Below, one piece after another: positions 8,891 to 18,832 of a DNA stretch of 64,000 nucleotides. The stretch spans positions 288,001 through 352,000 of the forward strand of contig CAVSIV010000006.1 of NCBI GenBank assembly GCA_963728205.1. Reading direction: 5' to 3'. This stretch comes from an uncultured Chloroflexia bacterium (GTDB lineage: Bacteria; Chloroflexota; Dehalococcoidia; UBA2979). The stretch's first letter is position 1; each line of letters starts with the position of its first letter. Both the position numbers and the translations under genes were made by a program. The notes beneath the pieces are model-generated. The model was given only the letters and a program-made list of their open reading frames with translations. It was not told the origin of the DNA and did no database searches.

Positions 8891-10570
8891 GTGACGAGAA
8901 CGAGGTGGCAACGTCCGCTCGCCGCGCTGGCCGGAGTGCTCGTCGCGCTCGCGCTGGTCGCGTGCGGGTCGGGCACGGCGACGACCGGCGGGAGCGCGAC
9001 CGCCGGCGCCGCGAGCGGCGCGACCGGCGCCGCGTCGTCCGCCACGCCCGACACGAGCGGGTCGGGCGGCACGCTCCGCATCGGCATGACGGCCGGCAAC
9101 ATCCCGATCCCGAACACGCCGCCGGACCAGGGCTACGAGGGTCGCCGCTTCGTCGGCAACCAGATCTACGACGCCCTCTTCAACTGGGACGACGGCCAGG
9201 GCGATCACGTCCCGACCGCGATCCCCGGCCTCGCCGAGTCGTACACGATGTCCGACGACCAGTTGACGTGGACCTTCAAGCTCCGCCCGAACGTGAAGTT
9301 CCACGACGGCACGCCGTTCAACGCCGACGCCGTCGTCTTCGAGTACCAGCGGCTGACCGACAAGAGCTTCCAGTACTACGACGCCACGAACGCTGCGCAG
9401 AACAGCAGCAGCTTCGCGTTCATCGACTCGATCGCCAAGGTCGACGACATGACGGTCGCGGTGCAGACGAAGACGGTCTACGCGTTCCTGCCCTACGACC
9501 TCGCCTTCCTCTACATCCCGAGCCCCACGGCGATCCAGAAGTACGGCAACAAGGACTACGCCGCGCACGCGACCGGCACCGGCCCGTTCGTGATGTCGAA
9601 GTACGTCGACGGGCAGGTGATGGAGTTGACGGCGAACCCCGACTACTGGGGCGGCAGGCCGAAGCTGGACAAGGTGGTGCTATACCCGATGCCCGAGCCG
9701 GCGACGCGGCTCGCCGCGCTGCAGTCGGGTGACATCGACTGGGCCGAGCTGCCGCCGCCCGACTCGGTGGAGCAGCTGAAGGCCGCGGGCGACCAGGTGT
9801 TCCTGAAGGAATACCCGCACACGATCATCTACGTGCTGAACACTCAGAACGGGCCGCTGAAGGACGTGCGCGTCCGCCAGGCGCTCGAGTACGCGGCCGA
9901 CCGCCAGGGCGCGGCGACGCTGATCAACAACGTCGGCTATCCGGCGACCCAGTACATGTACAAGGGCAACCCCTGGTACGACGACGCGTGGGCGGGCTAC
10001 ACGTACGACCCGGCGAAGGCGAAGCAGCTGCTCGCCGAGGCCGGCTACCCGAACGGCGGCATCCACCTGAAGATGGCGTACCCGACGGGCGGCTCCGGCA
10101 ACATGTTCCCGGATCCGATGAACGCGAAGCTCAAGCAGGACCTCGCGGCCGTCGGCGTCACCGTCGACCTCGTGCCGATGGAGTGGAACAACATCATCTC
10201 GGGCTACCGCGCCGGCCTGAACGACCCCGCGTGGAAGCAGTACGACATGATGTACTTCTCGGTCGCGCCGGTCTCACCGACGACGTGGAAGGGCTTCACC
10301 AGCGCCGGCCTGCCGCCCACCGGCTGCTGCAACCCCGCGGACTACCAGAACGACCAGGTCGACAAGCTGTACGCCGAGGCGATGCAGACCTTCGACGTGG
10401 CCAAGCAGAACGAGCTGTTGAAGGAGCTGCAGACGACGGCGATGAAGGACGCGCCGGTGCTGGTCACGATCCACGACCTCAACCTGCGCGTGCTGTCGCC
10501 GAAGGTGCAGGGCTTCGTGCAGCCGCAATCGTGGTTCGTGGACCTGACGCAGGTGTGGATGAAGAGGTAG
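8891..10570 (+). CDS. Peptide ABC transporter substrate-binding lipoprotein (SBP_bac_5)
   Basis: Lipobox LVAC, PGLAESY, WTFKLRPNVKFHDGTPFNADAV, GTGPF, DVRVRQAL; GTG 8891 after ggaggg. Confidence 0.92.
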   Translation: MTRTRWQRPLAALAGVLVALALVACGSGTATTGGSATAGAASGATGAASSATPDTSGSGGTLRIGMTAGNIPIPNTPPDQGYEGRRFVGNQIYDALFNWDDGQGDHVPTAIPGLAESYTMSDDQLTWTFKLRPNVKFHDGTPFNADAVVFEYQRLTDKSFQYYDATNAAQNSSSFAFIDSIAKVDDMTVAVQTKTVYAFLPYDLAFLYIPSPTAIQKYGNKDYAAHATGTGPFVMSKYVDGQVMELTANPDYWGGRPKLDKVVLYPMPEPATRLAALQSGDIDWAELPPPDSVEQLKAAGDQVFLKEYPHTIIYVLNTQNGPLKDVRVRQALEYAADRQGAATLINNVGYPATQYMYKGNPWYDDAWAGYTYDPAKAKQLLAEAGYPNGGIHLKMAYPTGGSGNMFPDPMNAKLKQDLAAVGVTVDLVPMEWNNIISGYRAGLNDPAWKQYDMMYFSVAPVSPTTWKGFTSAGLPPTGCCNPADYQNDQVDKLYAEAMQTFDVAKQNELLKELQTTAMKDAPVLVTIHDLNLRVLSPKVQGFVQPQSWFVDLTQVWMKR

Positions 10571-10653
10571 AGCCGGCGCGCAGCGCCGACCGCCGGCGAA
10601 CCGCCGGGATAGCCCCGGCGGCTCGCCGTCCTGACCAAGTGCCGGGCAGGTCC

Positions 10654-10740
10654 GTGGTTCGACTGCGCTCACCACGAACGGGTACGACTGGCCGCGAGTA
10701 GCTGCCGCCGGATCCGTTCGTGGCGAGCGCAGTCGACCAC
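10654..10740. repeat. REP-like inverted pair (family C)
   Basis: gtggttcgactgcgctcaccacgaacgg (10654-10681) vs ccgttcgtggcgagcgcagtcgaccac (10714-10740). Confidence 0.7.
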
Positions 10741-10814
10741 ACGCCCCCGGGGCGAGCCGCGCGGGTAAGCCGGGCGGCTCGCCGGGGCCCGACGAGCCGC
10801 TCATACTGGGCGCG

Positions 10815-11747
10815 ATGACGCTGCCACTCACACGGGACGACGCTCCCCTCCTCGAGGCCGATGCGCTGGTGAAGCGCTACGGCTCGACAATCGCCCTCGA
10901 CGGCGTGTCGTTCGTCGTCCCCGACGGGGTGACCGGGCTGCTCGGCGCGAACGGGGCCGGCAAGAGCACGTCGCTCAAGATCTTCCTCGGGCTGCTCGGT
11001 CCGACCAGCGGGCAGGCGCGCTTCCGCGGCATCGACGTCGCGTCGACGCCGCGCGTGCGCGAGCGCATCGGCTACATGCCCGAGCACGACTGCCTGCCCG
11101 ACCATGTGAACGCCGCCGACTTCCTCGCCTACCTCGCGCAGGTGAGCGGACTGCCGCCGGCCGAGTCGCGCACGCGCGCCGCCGACATGCTGCGGCACGT
11201 CGGGCTCGACGAGGAGCGCTACCGCCCGATCGGCACGTACTCCACCGGCATGAAGCAGCGCGTGAAGCTCGCGCAGGCGCTCGTGCACGACCCCCTGCTC
11301 GCGCTGCTCGACGAGCCGACCGCCGGCCTCGACCCGATGGGCCGGCAGGAAATGCTCGAGCTGGTGCGGCGCACGGCACAGGCGTTTTCGATCTCGATGG
11401 TGATCTCGTCGCACCTGATGGGGGACATCGAGCGGACGTGCGAGCGCGTGATCGTGCTCGAGGGCGGCCGGCTGCTGCGCACCGGCACCGTCGCGTCGCT
11501 GACCACGGACACGGAGACGCTCGAGGTGCGAGTGACCGAGGGCCAGGACGCGCTCGTGGCGGAGCTGCTCCGGCGCGGACTCGAGCCGCGCACCGACGAC
11601 GGTGCGCTCGTGATCGACCGCCTGACGCCGGAGGGTTACGACGCGCTGCGCGACGCGCTGGTCGCGTCGAACGCGCTGCTGTACTCGATGGCGCCGCGTC
11701 AGCACTCGCTGACCGAGATGTTCCGGCGGCCGGAGGGGGTCGCGTGA
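10815..11747 (+). CDS. ABC-2 type transporter ATP-binding protein
   Basis: GANGAGKS, YSTGMKQR, LLDEPTAGLD, SSH. Confidence 0.92.
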   Translation: MTLPLTRDDAPLLEADALVKRYGSTIALDGVSFVVPDGVTGLLGANGAGKSTSLKIFLGLLGPTSGQARFRGIDVASTPRVRERIGYMPEHDCLPDHVNAADFLAYLAQVSGLPPAESRTRAADMLRHVGLDEERYRPIGTYSTGMKQRVKLAQALVHDPLLALLDEPTAGLDPMGRQEMLELVRRTAQAFSISMVISSHLMGDIERTCERVIVLEGGRLLRTGTVASLTTDTETLEVRVTEGQDALVAELLRRGLEPRTDDGALVIDRLTPEGYDALRDALVASNALLYSMAPRQHSLTEMFRRPEGVA

Positions 11748-11765
11748 TCCGCCTGCGCCGCGTGG

Positions 11766-11919
11766 CAAGCGGCGGCAGACACGCCGCCGATATCGCGGGC
11801 GGCGAAGCCGCCCGGAGCGCTCGCGGCACCCGCGCGCGGGGCGCCGGTGCCGCGAGCGCGGCCCGGCTGAGCGGCGCCGCCGCCGCCGGTCGCATCGGCG
11901 GCGTGCCTGCCGCCGCTTG
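11766..11919. repeat. REP-like inverted pair (family A)
   Basis: caagcggcggcagacacgccgccgat (11766-11791) and atcggcggcgtgcctgccgccgcttg (11894-11919). Confidence 0.8.
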
Positions 11920-11943
11920 CCTCGGGGCCACGGGGTGCGCGCG

Positions 11944-12843
11944 GTGACCACCGAGCCCGCCGCCCGCCAGGGCGAGGTCTACGACCTCGGCTACCAGCGC
12001 TACCTCGGCCAGCGCGAGGGGGCCGCGCGCGCGCGCCGCGCCATGGCGCGCGACGCCGCGCGGAGCGCTCTCGGGCTGGGGCGCAGCACCGCGGCGAAGA
12101 TCCTCCCGTTCGCGATCGTGGCGATCACTCTCTTCCCCGCCGTGATCGTGATGGTGATCGCCGGCTTCGTCGCGTCGTTCGGCGGCGACGTCCAGCAGTT
12201 CGCCGACAGCATCTCGGGCCTGAGCAACCGCGAGTACTACTCGTTCGCGTTCGTCGGCGTGATGCTGTTCGCCGCCACGCTCGGGCCGGAGATGCTTTGC
12301 CCGGACCGGCGCAGCGGCGTGCTCGTGCTCTACCTCGTGCGGCCGATCACCGCGCTCGACTACGTCGGCGCGCGCGCCGCGGGTTTCTTCGCGGTGATGA
12401 CGGGCATCCTGTGGCTGCCGCAGCTGCTCGTGTTCGGGACGCTCGTGCTCGTCGCCGCGTCGCCCTTCGACTACGCGCGGCACCATCTCGACGTGTTGCC
12501 GCGCGCCGGCGCGTCGGGCCTGGTGATCGCGGCGTTCTTCACGGCGCTGGCGTTCGCGGTGTCGTCGCTCACCGAGCGGCGCGCGTACGCGGCGGCGAGC
12601 ATCCTCGGCGTGCTGCTGATCACGTCGGCGGTGTCCGGGATCGCGTCCAACCTCGTCGGCGGGCGCGTCGGCGACGCGATCGTGCTGCTCGACGTCGCCA
12701 ACGGGCTGCTGCGCGTCAACGACGCGATCTTCGGCGCGCTCGACGCGCCGCTGTCGTGGGCGGCCTATGCCGGCGCCGAGGCCGTCGCGTTCACGCTCCT
12801 CGTCACCGTCACGTGGTGGCGCTACCGGAGCCCGTCGCTATGA
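11944..12843 (+). CDS. ABC-2 type transporter permease
   Basis: VYDLGYQRY N-terminus, DRRSGVLVLYLVRP, about 6 TM segments. Confidence 0.88.
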   Translation: MTTEPAARQGEVYDLGYQRYLGQREGAARARRAMARDAARSALGLGRSTAAKILPFAIVAITLFPAVIVMVIAGFVASFGGDVQQFADSISGLSNREYYSFAFVGVMLFAATLGPEMLCPDRRSGVLVLYLVRPITALDYVGARAAGFFAVMTGILWLPQLLVFGTLVLVAASPFDYARHHLDVLPRAGASGLVIAAFFTALAFAVSSLTERRAYAAASILGVLLITSAVSGIASNLVGGRVGDAIVLLDVANGLLRVNDAIFGALDAPLSWAAYAGAEAVAFTLLVTVTWWRYRSPSL

Positions 12844-13826
12844 GCGCGCCGACCGGGATCGGCCCGGGCATGGGCGCGGACGCCGAGGGCGGCCGGACCG
12901 CCGGCGCGACGCCGACGATCGTCGTCGAGCACGTCTCGCGCTGGTTCGGCAGCGTCGTGGCGGTGAACGACGTCTCGTTCGAGATCGCGCCCGGCGTGAC
13001 CGGGCTGCTCGGCCCGAACGGCGCCGGCAAGACGACGCTCCTGCGCATGGTCGCGGGCCTGTCGCGGCCGTCCGAGGGCGTGATCCGCGTGCTGGACCAG
13101 CCCGTGCGCAGCAACCCGGGGCTCTATCGCGATGTCGGCGTGATGCCCGAGCACGAAGGCGTCTACCAGCCGCTCACCGGCCGCCAGTTCGTGGAGCTCA
13201 ACGCGCGCCTGCAGCGGCTGCCCGACGTGCGCGGCGCCGCGCAGCGCGCGATCGACCAGGTCGGCATGGGCGCCGCCGCCGACCGCGCGCTCGGCGGCTA
13301 CTCGCGCGGCATGCGGCAGCGCATGCGCCTCGCCGCCACGCTCGTCCACGACCCCCAGGTGCTGCTGCTCGACGAGCCGCTGTCGGGCACCGACCCTCGC
13401 CAGCGCCTCGAGTTCATGGACCTCGTCGCGGAGCTCGCCGCCGCCGGGCGCACGATCGTGCTGTCGTCGCACATCCTCGAGGAGGTGGAGGCGATGGCGA
13501 GCCGCGTGCTGCTGATGGTCGGCGGCAAGCTCGCCGCGTCGGGCGACTTCCGCGCCATCCGCGCGCTGCTCAACGAGCGGCCGTACCTCGTGCGCATCGA
13601 CTGCTCCGACGCGCGCGCGCTCGCCGCCGGGCTCGTCGCCGAGCCCGAGGTGCAGTCGATCGCGGTGGAGGGCACCGCGACGCTGCGCGTGCTCTCCGGC
13701 GACGTCCGCGCGCTCCAGCGCGCCGTCCCGCGCGCGGCACAGAAGCAGGGCGTGCGGCTGACGCGCGTGCAGCCGCTCGACGACACGCTCGAGAGCGTGT
13801 TCGAGTACCTCGCGGAGCGCCGCTGA
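12840..13826 (+). CDS. ABC-2 type transporter ATP-binding protein
   Basis: GPNGAGKT, YSRGMRQR, LLDEP, SSH; ATGA overlap with upstream stop. Confidence 0.92.
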   Translation: MSAPTGIGPGMGADAEGGRTAGATPTIVVEHVSRWFGSVVAVNDVSFEIAPGVTGLLGPNGAGKTTLLRMVAGLSRPSEGVIRVLDQPVRSNPGLYRDVGVMPEHEGVYQPLTGRQFVELNARLQRLPDVRGAAQRAIDQVGMGAAADRALGGYSRGMRQRMRLAATLVHDPQVLLLDEPLSGTDPRQRLEFMDLVAELAAAGRTIVLSSHILEEVEAMASRVLLMVGGKLAASGDFRAIRALLNERPYLVRIDCSDARALAAGLVAEPEVQSIAVEGTATLRVLSGDVRALQRAVPRAAQKQGVRLTRVQPLDDTLESVFEYLAERR

Positions 13827-14542
13827 TGGGCGCGATCTTCGGGCTGTCGCTGCGCATGCTGATCCGGAGGCGGCGGTTCCTCGCGGTCGTCGCGCTGGCG
13901 GCGGTGCCGCTGGTGCTCGCGCTCGTCTTCGTCCTCTCGCGCGACCCCGGCAAGCCGTCGGCGCTCGAGTTCCTCGACAGCGTGACGTCGCTCACGATCA
14001 CGATCGTGCTGCCGCTTGCGGTGCTGCTGCTGGCGACCGCGGCGTTCGGCGACGAGGTCGACGACCGCACGCTCGTGTACCTCGTGCTGAAGCCGATCCC
14101 GCGCTGGACCATCGCGGCGCCGAAGTTCGCGGCGGCGTTCCTGGTGTCGGGGGCGCTGGTCGGCGGGACGGCGGTGGTCAGCGCCGTGGCGATCGCGCAC
14201 GACGCCGGCGAGGCCGCTGCGCTGCTCGCCGGCGTGCTGGTGGGAGCAGCCGGCTATGCGGCGCTGTTCACCTGGGGCGGGCTGGCGATCCGCAACGCGC
14301 TCGCGGTCGGGCTCGTCTACGTCTTCCTGTGGGAGGCGTCGCTGAGCGGGCTGTTCTCGGGCATCCGCTTCCTCTCGATCCGGCAGTACGCGCTGGGCAC
14401 GGTGCACGGCATCGACGCGTCGCAGCTGGCGCGGTCGAACATCGAGCTGGGGCTGTCGCAGGCCCTCGTCGGGCTGGTCGTCGTGCTCGCGCTGTTCGGC
14501 TGGCTCACCGTGCGCCGGCTGCGGCTGATGGACGTGCCCTAA
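13826..14542 (+). CDS. ABC-2 type transporter permease
   Basis: EVDDRTLVYLVLKP motif, multiple TM segments; TGATG coupling. Confidence 0.88.
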   Translation: MGAIFGLSLRMLIRRRRFLAVVALAAVPLVLALVFVLSRDPGKPSALEFLDSVTSLTITIVLPLAVLLLATAAFGDEVDDRTLVYLVLKPIPRWTIAAPKFAAAFLVSGALVGGTAVVSAVAIAHDAGEAAALLAGVLVGAAGYAALFTWGGLAIRNALAVGLVYVFLWEASLSGLFSGIRFLSIRQYALGTVHGIDASQLARSNIELGLSQALVGLVVVLALFGWLTVRRLRLMDVP

Positions 14543-14907
14543 GCGGCGGCAGAGATGCCGCCGACGGTGCGGTGGCACCAGCCGCCGATCCCGAGCGCGC
14601 GGCGGGCTTCAGGCCCGCCGTGGATCGCGGCCACCTGCGGGCGCGTGAGGCGGCCACCTCCGAGCGCGAGAGGCGGCCACTGCACACGGCGGTCGCCATG
14701 TCCCGGGGGCGCCCTGCGTTCATGAACGTCAAAGCGGCGGCAGACATGCCGCCGACAGAAGCGCGGCGCCAGCCGCGGACTGCGTCCGCGTCCCGTCGGC
14801 GGCATGTCTGCCGCCGCTTTGACGTTCGACGAGGTCTGAGACCTGCCGCGCGCCGGTCGGCGGCTGGAGCCGCCGGGTCACATCGGCGGCGTGCCTGCCG
14901 CCGCTTG
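14540..14907. repeat. Nested REP-like inverted pairs (family A, four copies)
   Basis: copies at 14540-14564, 14724-14756, 14795-14827 (perfect 33-bp reverse complement of the previous copy), 14882-14907. Confidence 0.85.
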
Positions 14908-14929
14908 CGCCGGGGAGTCGACCCGTTGG

Positions 14930-16132
14930 CTACCCGAACACCTCCGCGGCGGCGAGCTCGGCAATCTCGCCCTCGGTGAAGCCGTAGTCGGTCAGCGCCG
15001 CGTGCGTGTGCTCGCCGACCGCGGGCGCCACGCCCCGCGCACGGACGTCGGCGCCCTGGATGCGGAACGGCGCGGCAATCACCGTGTACGACTCGCCGCC
15101 CAGCCGCGCGACCCGCTCGAAGAAGCCCTGCTCGCGCAGGTCCGGGTCGCGCGCGACCTCGAACGGGGTCGCGATCGGCGCCCAGATACAGCCGGCGGCG
15201 TCGAGCCGCTCGTGCCAGTGCGCGAGGTCGTGCGCGCGGAACAGCTCCTCGATCTCGGGCTGGAGCGCGGGGCCGTGCTCGCGCATCGCGGCCGTCGTCG
15301 TGTAACGCGCGTCGTCCGCCCACTCGGGGCGCTCGAGCGCCGCGCACAGCCGCGACCAGTAGCGCTCGGGCAGCGGCATCGTGAGCTGCAGCCAGCGGCC
15401 GTCGCGCGTCTCGTACGAGTTGCGCGTGAGCAGCCAGTGCGTCGGGCGGTGCTGGCGCTCGAAGTCCCACTCGTCGCGGTTGAGCGCCTGCTGCATGTCG
15501 GCGGCGATCGCCCACACGCCCGTGCGCATCAGCGAGACGTCGACGAGCTGCGGCGCGCCGTCGCGGTCGCGCAGGCGCATCGCCGCGAGCACGGCGGCGA
15601 GCAGGTTGAGCGCGGCGAGGTGATCGCCCTGCCCGGGCCGCGACTGCACCGGCGGGCCGGTCCGTTCACCGAGCAGCGACATCGCGCCGGTGCGCGCGAA
15701 GAAGGCGGTGCTGTCGAAGCCGGGCCGGTCGGCGTCGACGCCGTCGGGCCCGTAGCCGGTGAGCATGCCCATCACGATGCGCGGCGCCGCGGCGGCGACC
15801 GCGTCGAACGTGAGGCCGAAGCGCTGCAGGCGGCCGGGCGTGAGGTTCGTCAGCAGCACGTCGGCCTGCGCGCACATGCGCAGGAGGACGTCGCGCGCGC
15901 CCGGGCGATCGAGGTCGAGCGTCATCGAGCGCTTGCCGCGGTTGTCGACGGCGAAGGCGTAGCTGATGGGATCGCCCTCGCGCACGGTGCGGTGGCCGCG
16001 GTAGACGTCGCCGTCGGGCGGCTCGACCTTGAGGACGTCGGCGCCCATGTCGGCCATCAGCGCCGCGCACGCCGGGGCGGCGAGGAAGTTCGCGAGCTCG
16101 ATCACGCGCACGCCTGCGAGCGGTCCGGCCAT
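14930..16132 (-). CDS. CaiB/BaiF family III CoA-transferase
   Basis: GPLAGVRVIEL, DMGADVLKVEPPDGD, NRGKRS, GYGPDG, APAVGEHT. Confidence 0.93.
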   Translation of the reverse strand: MAGPLAGVRVIELANFLAAPACAALMADMGADVLKVEPPDGDVYRGHRTVREGDPISYAFAVDNRGKRSMTLDLDRPGARDVLLRMCAQADVLLTNLTPGRLQRFGLTFDAVAAAAPRIVMGMLTGYGPDGVDADRPGFDSTAFFARTGAMSLLGERTGPPVQSRPGQGDHLAALNLLAAVLAAMRLRDRDGAPQLVDVSLMRTGVWAIAADMQQALNRDEWDFERQHRPTHWLLTRNSYETRDGRWLQLTMPLPERYWSRLCAALERPEWADDARYTTTAAMREHGPALQPEIEELFRAHDLAHWHERLDAAGCIWAPIATPFEVARDPDLREQGFFERVARLGGESYTVIAAPFRIQGADVRARGVAPAVGEHTHAALTDYGFTEGEIAELAAAEVFG

Positions 16133-16205
16133 GGGGCACCTCCCGGAACGAATGCGGCCGATGGTAGCGGGCCACGCCGGACGTGACGGAATCCGCAATC
16201 GCCTC

Positions 16206-16549
16206 GTCAAGCGGCGGCAGCATGCCGCCGATGCCGACGCGGCCGCCGGGCCGCGAGCCGGGTCGTCGCGAGCCGCATCGCGAGCCGCATCGCGGCCACA
16301 TCGCGAGCCGCATCGCGAGCCGCATCGCGGCCACATCGCGAGCCGCGTCGTCGCGAGCCGCATCGCGCGCCGCACCGCGCGCCGCATCGCGGCCCGCATC
16401 GCGGCCCGCATCGCGAGCCGCGTCGCGAGCCGCACCGCGAGCCGCATCGCGAGCCGGGTCGTCGCGAACCGCATCGCGAGCCGCATCACGAGCCGGGTCG
16501 TCGCGCGCCGCATCGCGGCCACATCGGCGGCATGCTGCCGCCGCCTGAC
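16206..16549. repeat. Family A inverted pair enclosing a degenerate 12-bp tandem array (catcgcgagccg)
   Basis: IRs 16206-16233 and 16522-16549; about 20 imperfect 12-mers between them. Confidence 0.85.
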
Positions 16550-16606
16550 GGGGCGGTGGACGGCGTGACGGGCGCGGCCCCGCGGAAGCGTCCTATCATC
16601 CGCGCC

Positions 16607-17224
16607 ATGAAGGTCCGCGACGCCTGGCCCGGCAAGCTCCGCATCGACAGCACGCGCATCGCCGTGGTGGCGGACACGCACGTCGACGAGGACGGCTGGG
16701 GCTCGCCGCCCGAGCTGCTCGAGGCGCTGCGCGGCGTCGAGCTGATCCTGCACTGCGGCGACCTCGACGTGCTCGGCGTGCTCGACCACCTGGAGACCGT
16801 GGCGCCGGTGCTGGCCGTGCGCGGCTACCCCGACCCGCGCGAGGACGGCGACCGACTCGCGGAGGAGGCGCGCGTCGTCGAAGTGGACGGCGTGCGCATC
16901 GGCATGCTGCACGACCCGCGCTGGCTCGGCCCCGAGGTGCGGTGGACGCACACGCTCGAGTTCCCGCCCGGCTGGTCGGTCGACGACCTGCTCGAGCGGC
17001 GGTTCGGCCAGCGCGTCGACGTCGTCTGCTTCGGCGACACGCATGACGAGTTCATCGGCACCTACCAGGGCGTGCTGTTCGTGAACCCCGGCAGCACGAC
17101 GCGCCCGAACACGCGCCACACGCGCGACGACCTCGGCACGTTCGCGCTGCTGGACGTGAAGCGCGGCGTGGTGTCGGCAGAGATCCGGAAGCTGCGGCGG
17201 GCCACCGGCGAGCAGCGGGCATAG
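16607..17224 (+). CDS. YfcE-like metallophosphoesterase
   Basis: ADTH, HCGD, GDTH, NPGS motifs (GN replaced by GY, GHxH by GDTH). Confidence 0.85.
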   Translation: MKVRDAWPGKLRIDSTRIAVVADTHVDEDGWGSPPELLEALRGVELILHCGDLDVLGVLDHLETVAPVLAVRGYPDPREDGDRLAEEARVVEVDGVRIGMLHDPRWLGPEVRWTHTLEFPPGWSVDDLLERRFGQRVDVVCFGDTHDEFIGTYQGVLFVNPGSTTRPNTRHTRDDLGTFALLDVKRGVVSAEIRKLRRATGEQRA

Positions 17225-17249
17225 ACGCCCGCCGCGTCCCGGCGAGCGG

Positions 17250-18650
17250 CTACTCCCCGCCGGGGTCGCCCGCGCGCAGAGGGTTCGTGAACGCGCGACC
17301 CATGTCGCGCAGGTCGGCGCCGAGCGCGTCGCCCGCAGGGTGGCGGCCGTCGACCACCCAGCCCACGAGGTCGTTCCACGCGGAGGTGAGCTCCGGGGCG
17401 CTGAACTGGCAGTGGCCGGCGGCGCGGATCGCGCGCTGCACCAGCAGGTCGCCGCGACCGGCGGCGTCGACGGCCGCGCGGTAGGCGACCTCCTGCGCAA
17501 TCGGCACGTAGAGGTCGCCCGTGTCGTGCAGCGTCAGCAGCGGCACGGTGATGCGGCCCGTCGTCGGCGAGAGCTCCGGGTGAGCGGCCGGATCGCGCAG
17601 CGAGAGGTCGGCGGCAAGGCGCTCGATCCCGGCGTTCACCTCGGCGTCGGTGTAGCCCAGGCCGGGGTCGACGGCGTAGCGCACGGCGTCGTTCGTCGCG
17701 GCGCGGCCGGCGAGCGTCGTGCGGTCGGGGTCGAACAGCAGCAGCCCGAAGTTCGGCAGGTACTGGCGCCGGAAGCCCTCGTCGAAGAACGGGCGCGGGC
17801 CGCCGGTGAGGTTGCGGATCATGCTCTCGAACGCGAGCGCGGCGGGCGTCGTGCCGGGGTCGCCGAGCGCGGGGAACAGGCGCGTCGTGAGGGCATCGGC
17901 GACGCTCGCGCCCCCGTCGCCGATCGGCAGCGGCACGCCCGCGAAGTACGCGGCGCCGAACCACCACGACAGCAGGTAGTCGATCTCGGTCTCGTTGCCG
18001 AGCGCGCCGCAGGCCGACAGCGCCCCGGCGTAGGCGCCGGGGTAGCGCTCGAGCGACAGCGCGACGACGGCCCCGCCCATCGACTCGCCGGCGATGTAGG
18101 TGCGCGACGGCGTGCCGAAGCGCTGCGCGAAGTACGCCTTCAGCGCGAGGGTGTCGTCGGCGCCCATGCCCGGCACCCAGCCGTTGGCGCGGTAGCTGCT
18201 CGCGGCCCAGGCGTAGCCCTCGTCGATGAAGGCCTGGCGCAGGGCGGCGGGCGGGTTGGAGACGGTGAGCTGAGTGCTGAAGCCCGAGAAGCCGTGCGCC
18301 CAGAGCACGAGCTCGCCGTTCCAGTGAGCCGGGATCTCGACGCGATAGTGGGCGCCGTCCAGCCGGCCGGCATAGGACGCGGCGCCGGGCAGCGGCTCGA
18401 ACTCGGTGGGCGACGGCGATGCGGCGGTGCCGAGGTCGTCCGTGGGCGCGCCGGCGTCGGGCGAGGCGGCCGGCGTGGCGACGACGGCGATGGCGCGCGC
18501 GGCCGGCGCGGTCGCGGTGCCGCCGGCCGTCGCGGCCACGATGCTGGCGCTCGCGCGCGGAGGCGTCGCCGCCGGGGACTGCGAGGCGCCGCACGCCGCG
18601 AGCAGCAGCGCGCAGCCGAGCGCGAAGACCGCGAACGGCTTCGAGATCAA
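17250..18650 (-). CDS. Secreted/lipoprotein alpha/beta hydrolase
   Basis: Lipobox LAAC, WAHGF, GESMGG nucleophile elbow, HDTGD, AAGHC; TTG start inferred. Confidence 0.8.
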   Translation of the reverse strand: MISKPFAVFALGCALLLAACGASQSPAATPPRASASIVAATAGGTATAPAARAIAVVATPAASPDAGAPTDDLGTAASPSPTEFEPLPGAASYAGRLDGAHYRVEIPAHWNGELVLWAHGFSGFSTQLTVSNPPAALRQAFIDEGYAWAASSYRANGWVPGMGADDTLALKAYFAQRFGTPSRTYIAGESMGGAVVALSLERYPGAYAGALSACGALGNETEIDYLLSWWFGAAYFAGVPLPIGDGGASVADALTTRLFPALGDPGTTPAALAFESMIRNLTGGPRPFFDEGFRRQYLPNFGLLLFDPDRTTLAGRAATNDAVRYAVDPGLGYTDAEVNAGIERLAADLSLRDPAAHPELSPTTGRITVPLLTLHDTGDLYVPIAQEVAYRAAVDAAGRGDLLVQRAIRAAGHCQFSAPELTSAWNDLVGWVVDGRHPAGDALGADLRDMGRAFTNPLRAGDPGGE

Positions 18651-18832
18651 CGCACGCCTGCCGTGGCCATCATCCGCCTCCCCGCACCGCGGGACGACGC
18701 ATCCGACCGTCACAGGCCAGCGCGGGCACCCGCCGCGGCGAGCCCGGCGGGGCCGTCTGTGCGAGGGGTTCGGAGGGAGCGGGGGTGTGTCCCCCACTGT
18801 GCGGCGGATCATAGAGCGGCGCCGCCGTGCAG

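Noticed and set aside
10650-10680. GGTTCGACT as a tRNA T-loop
   Set aside because: Part of a REP-like inverted pair; no cloverleaf
16250-16521. Possible CRISPR array
   Set aside because: Adjacent 12-mers without unique spacers; no cas genes
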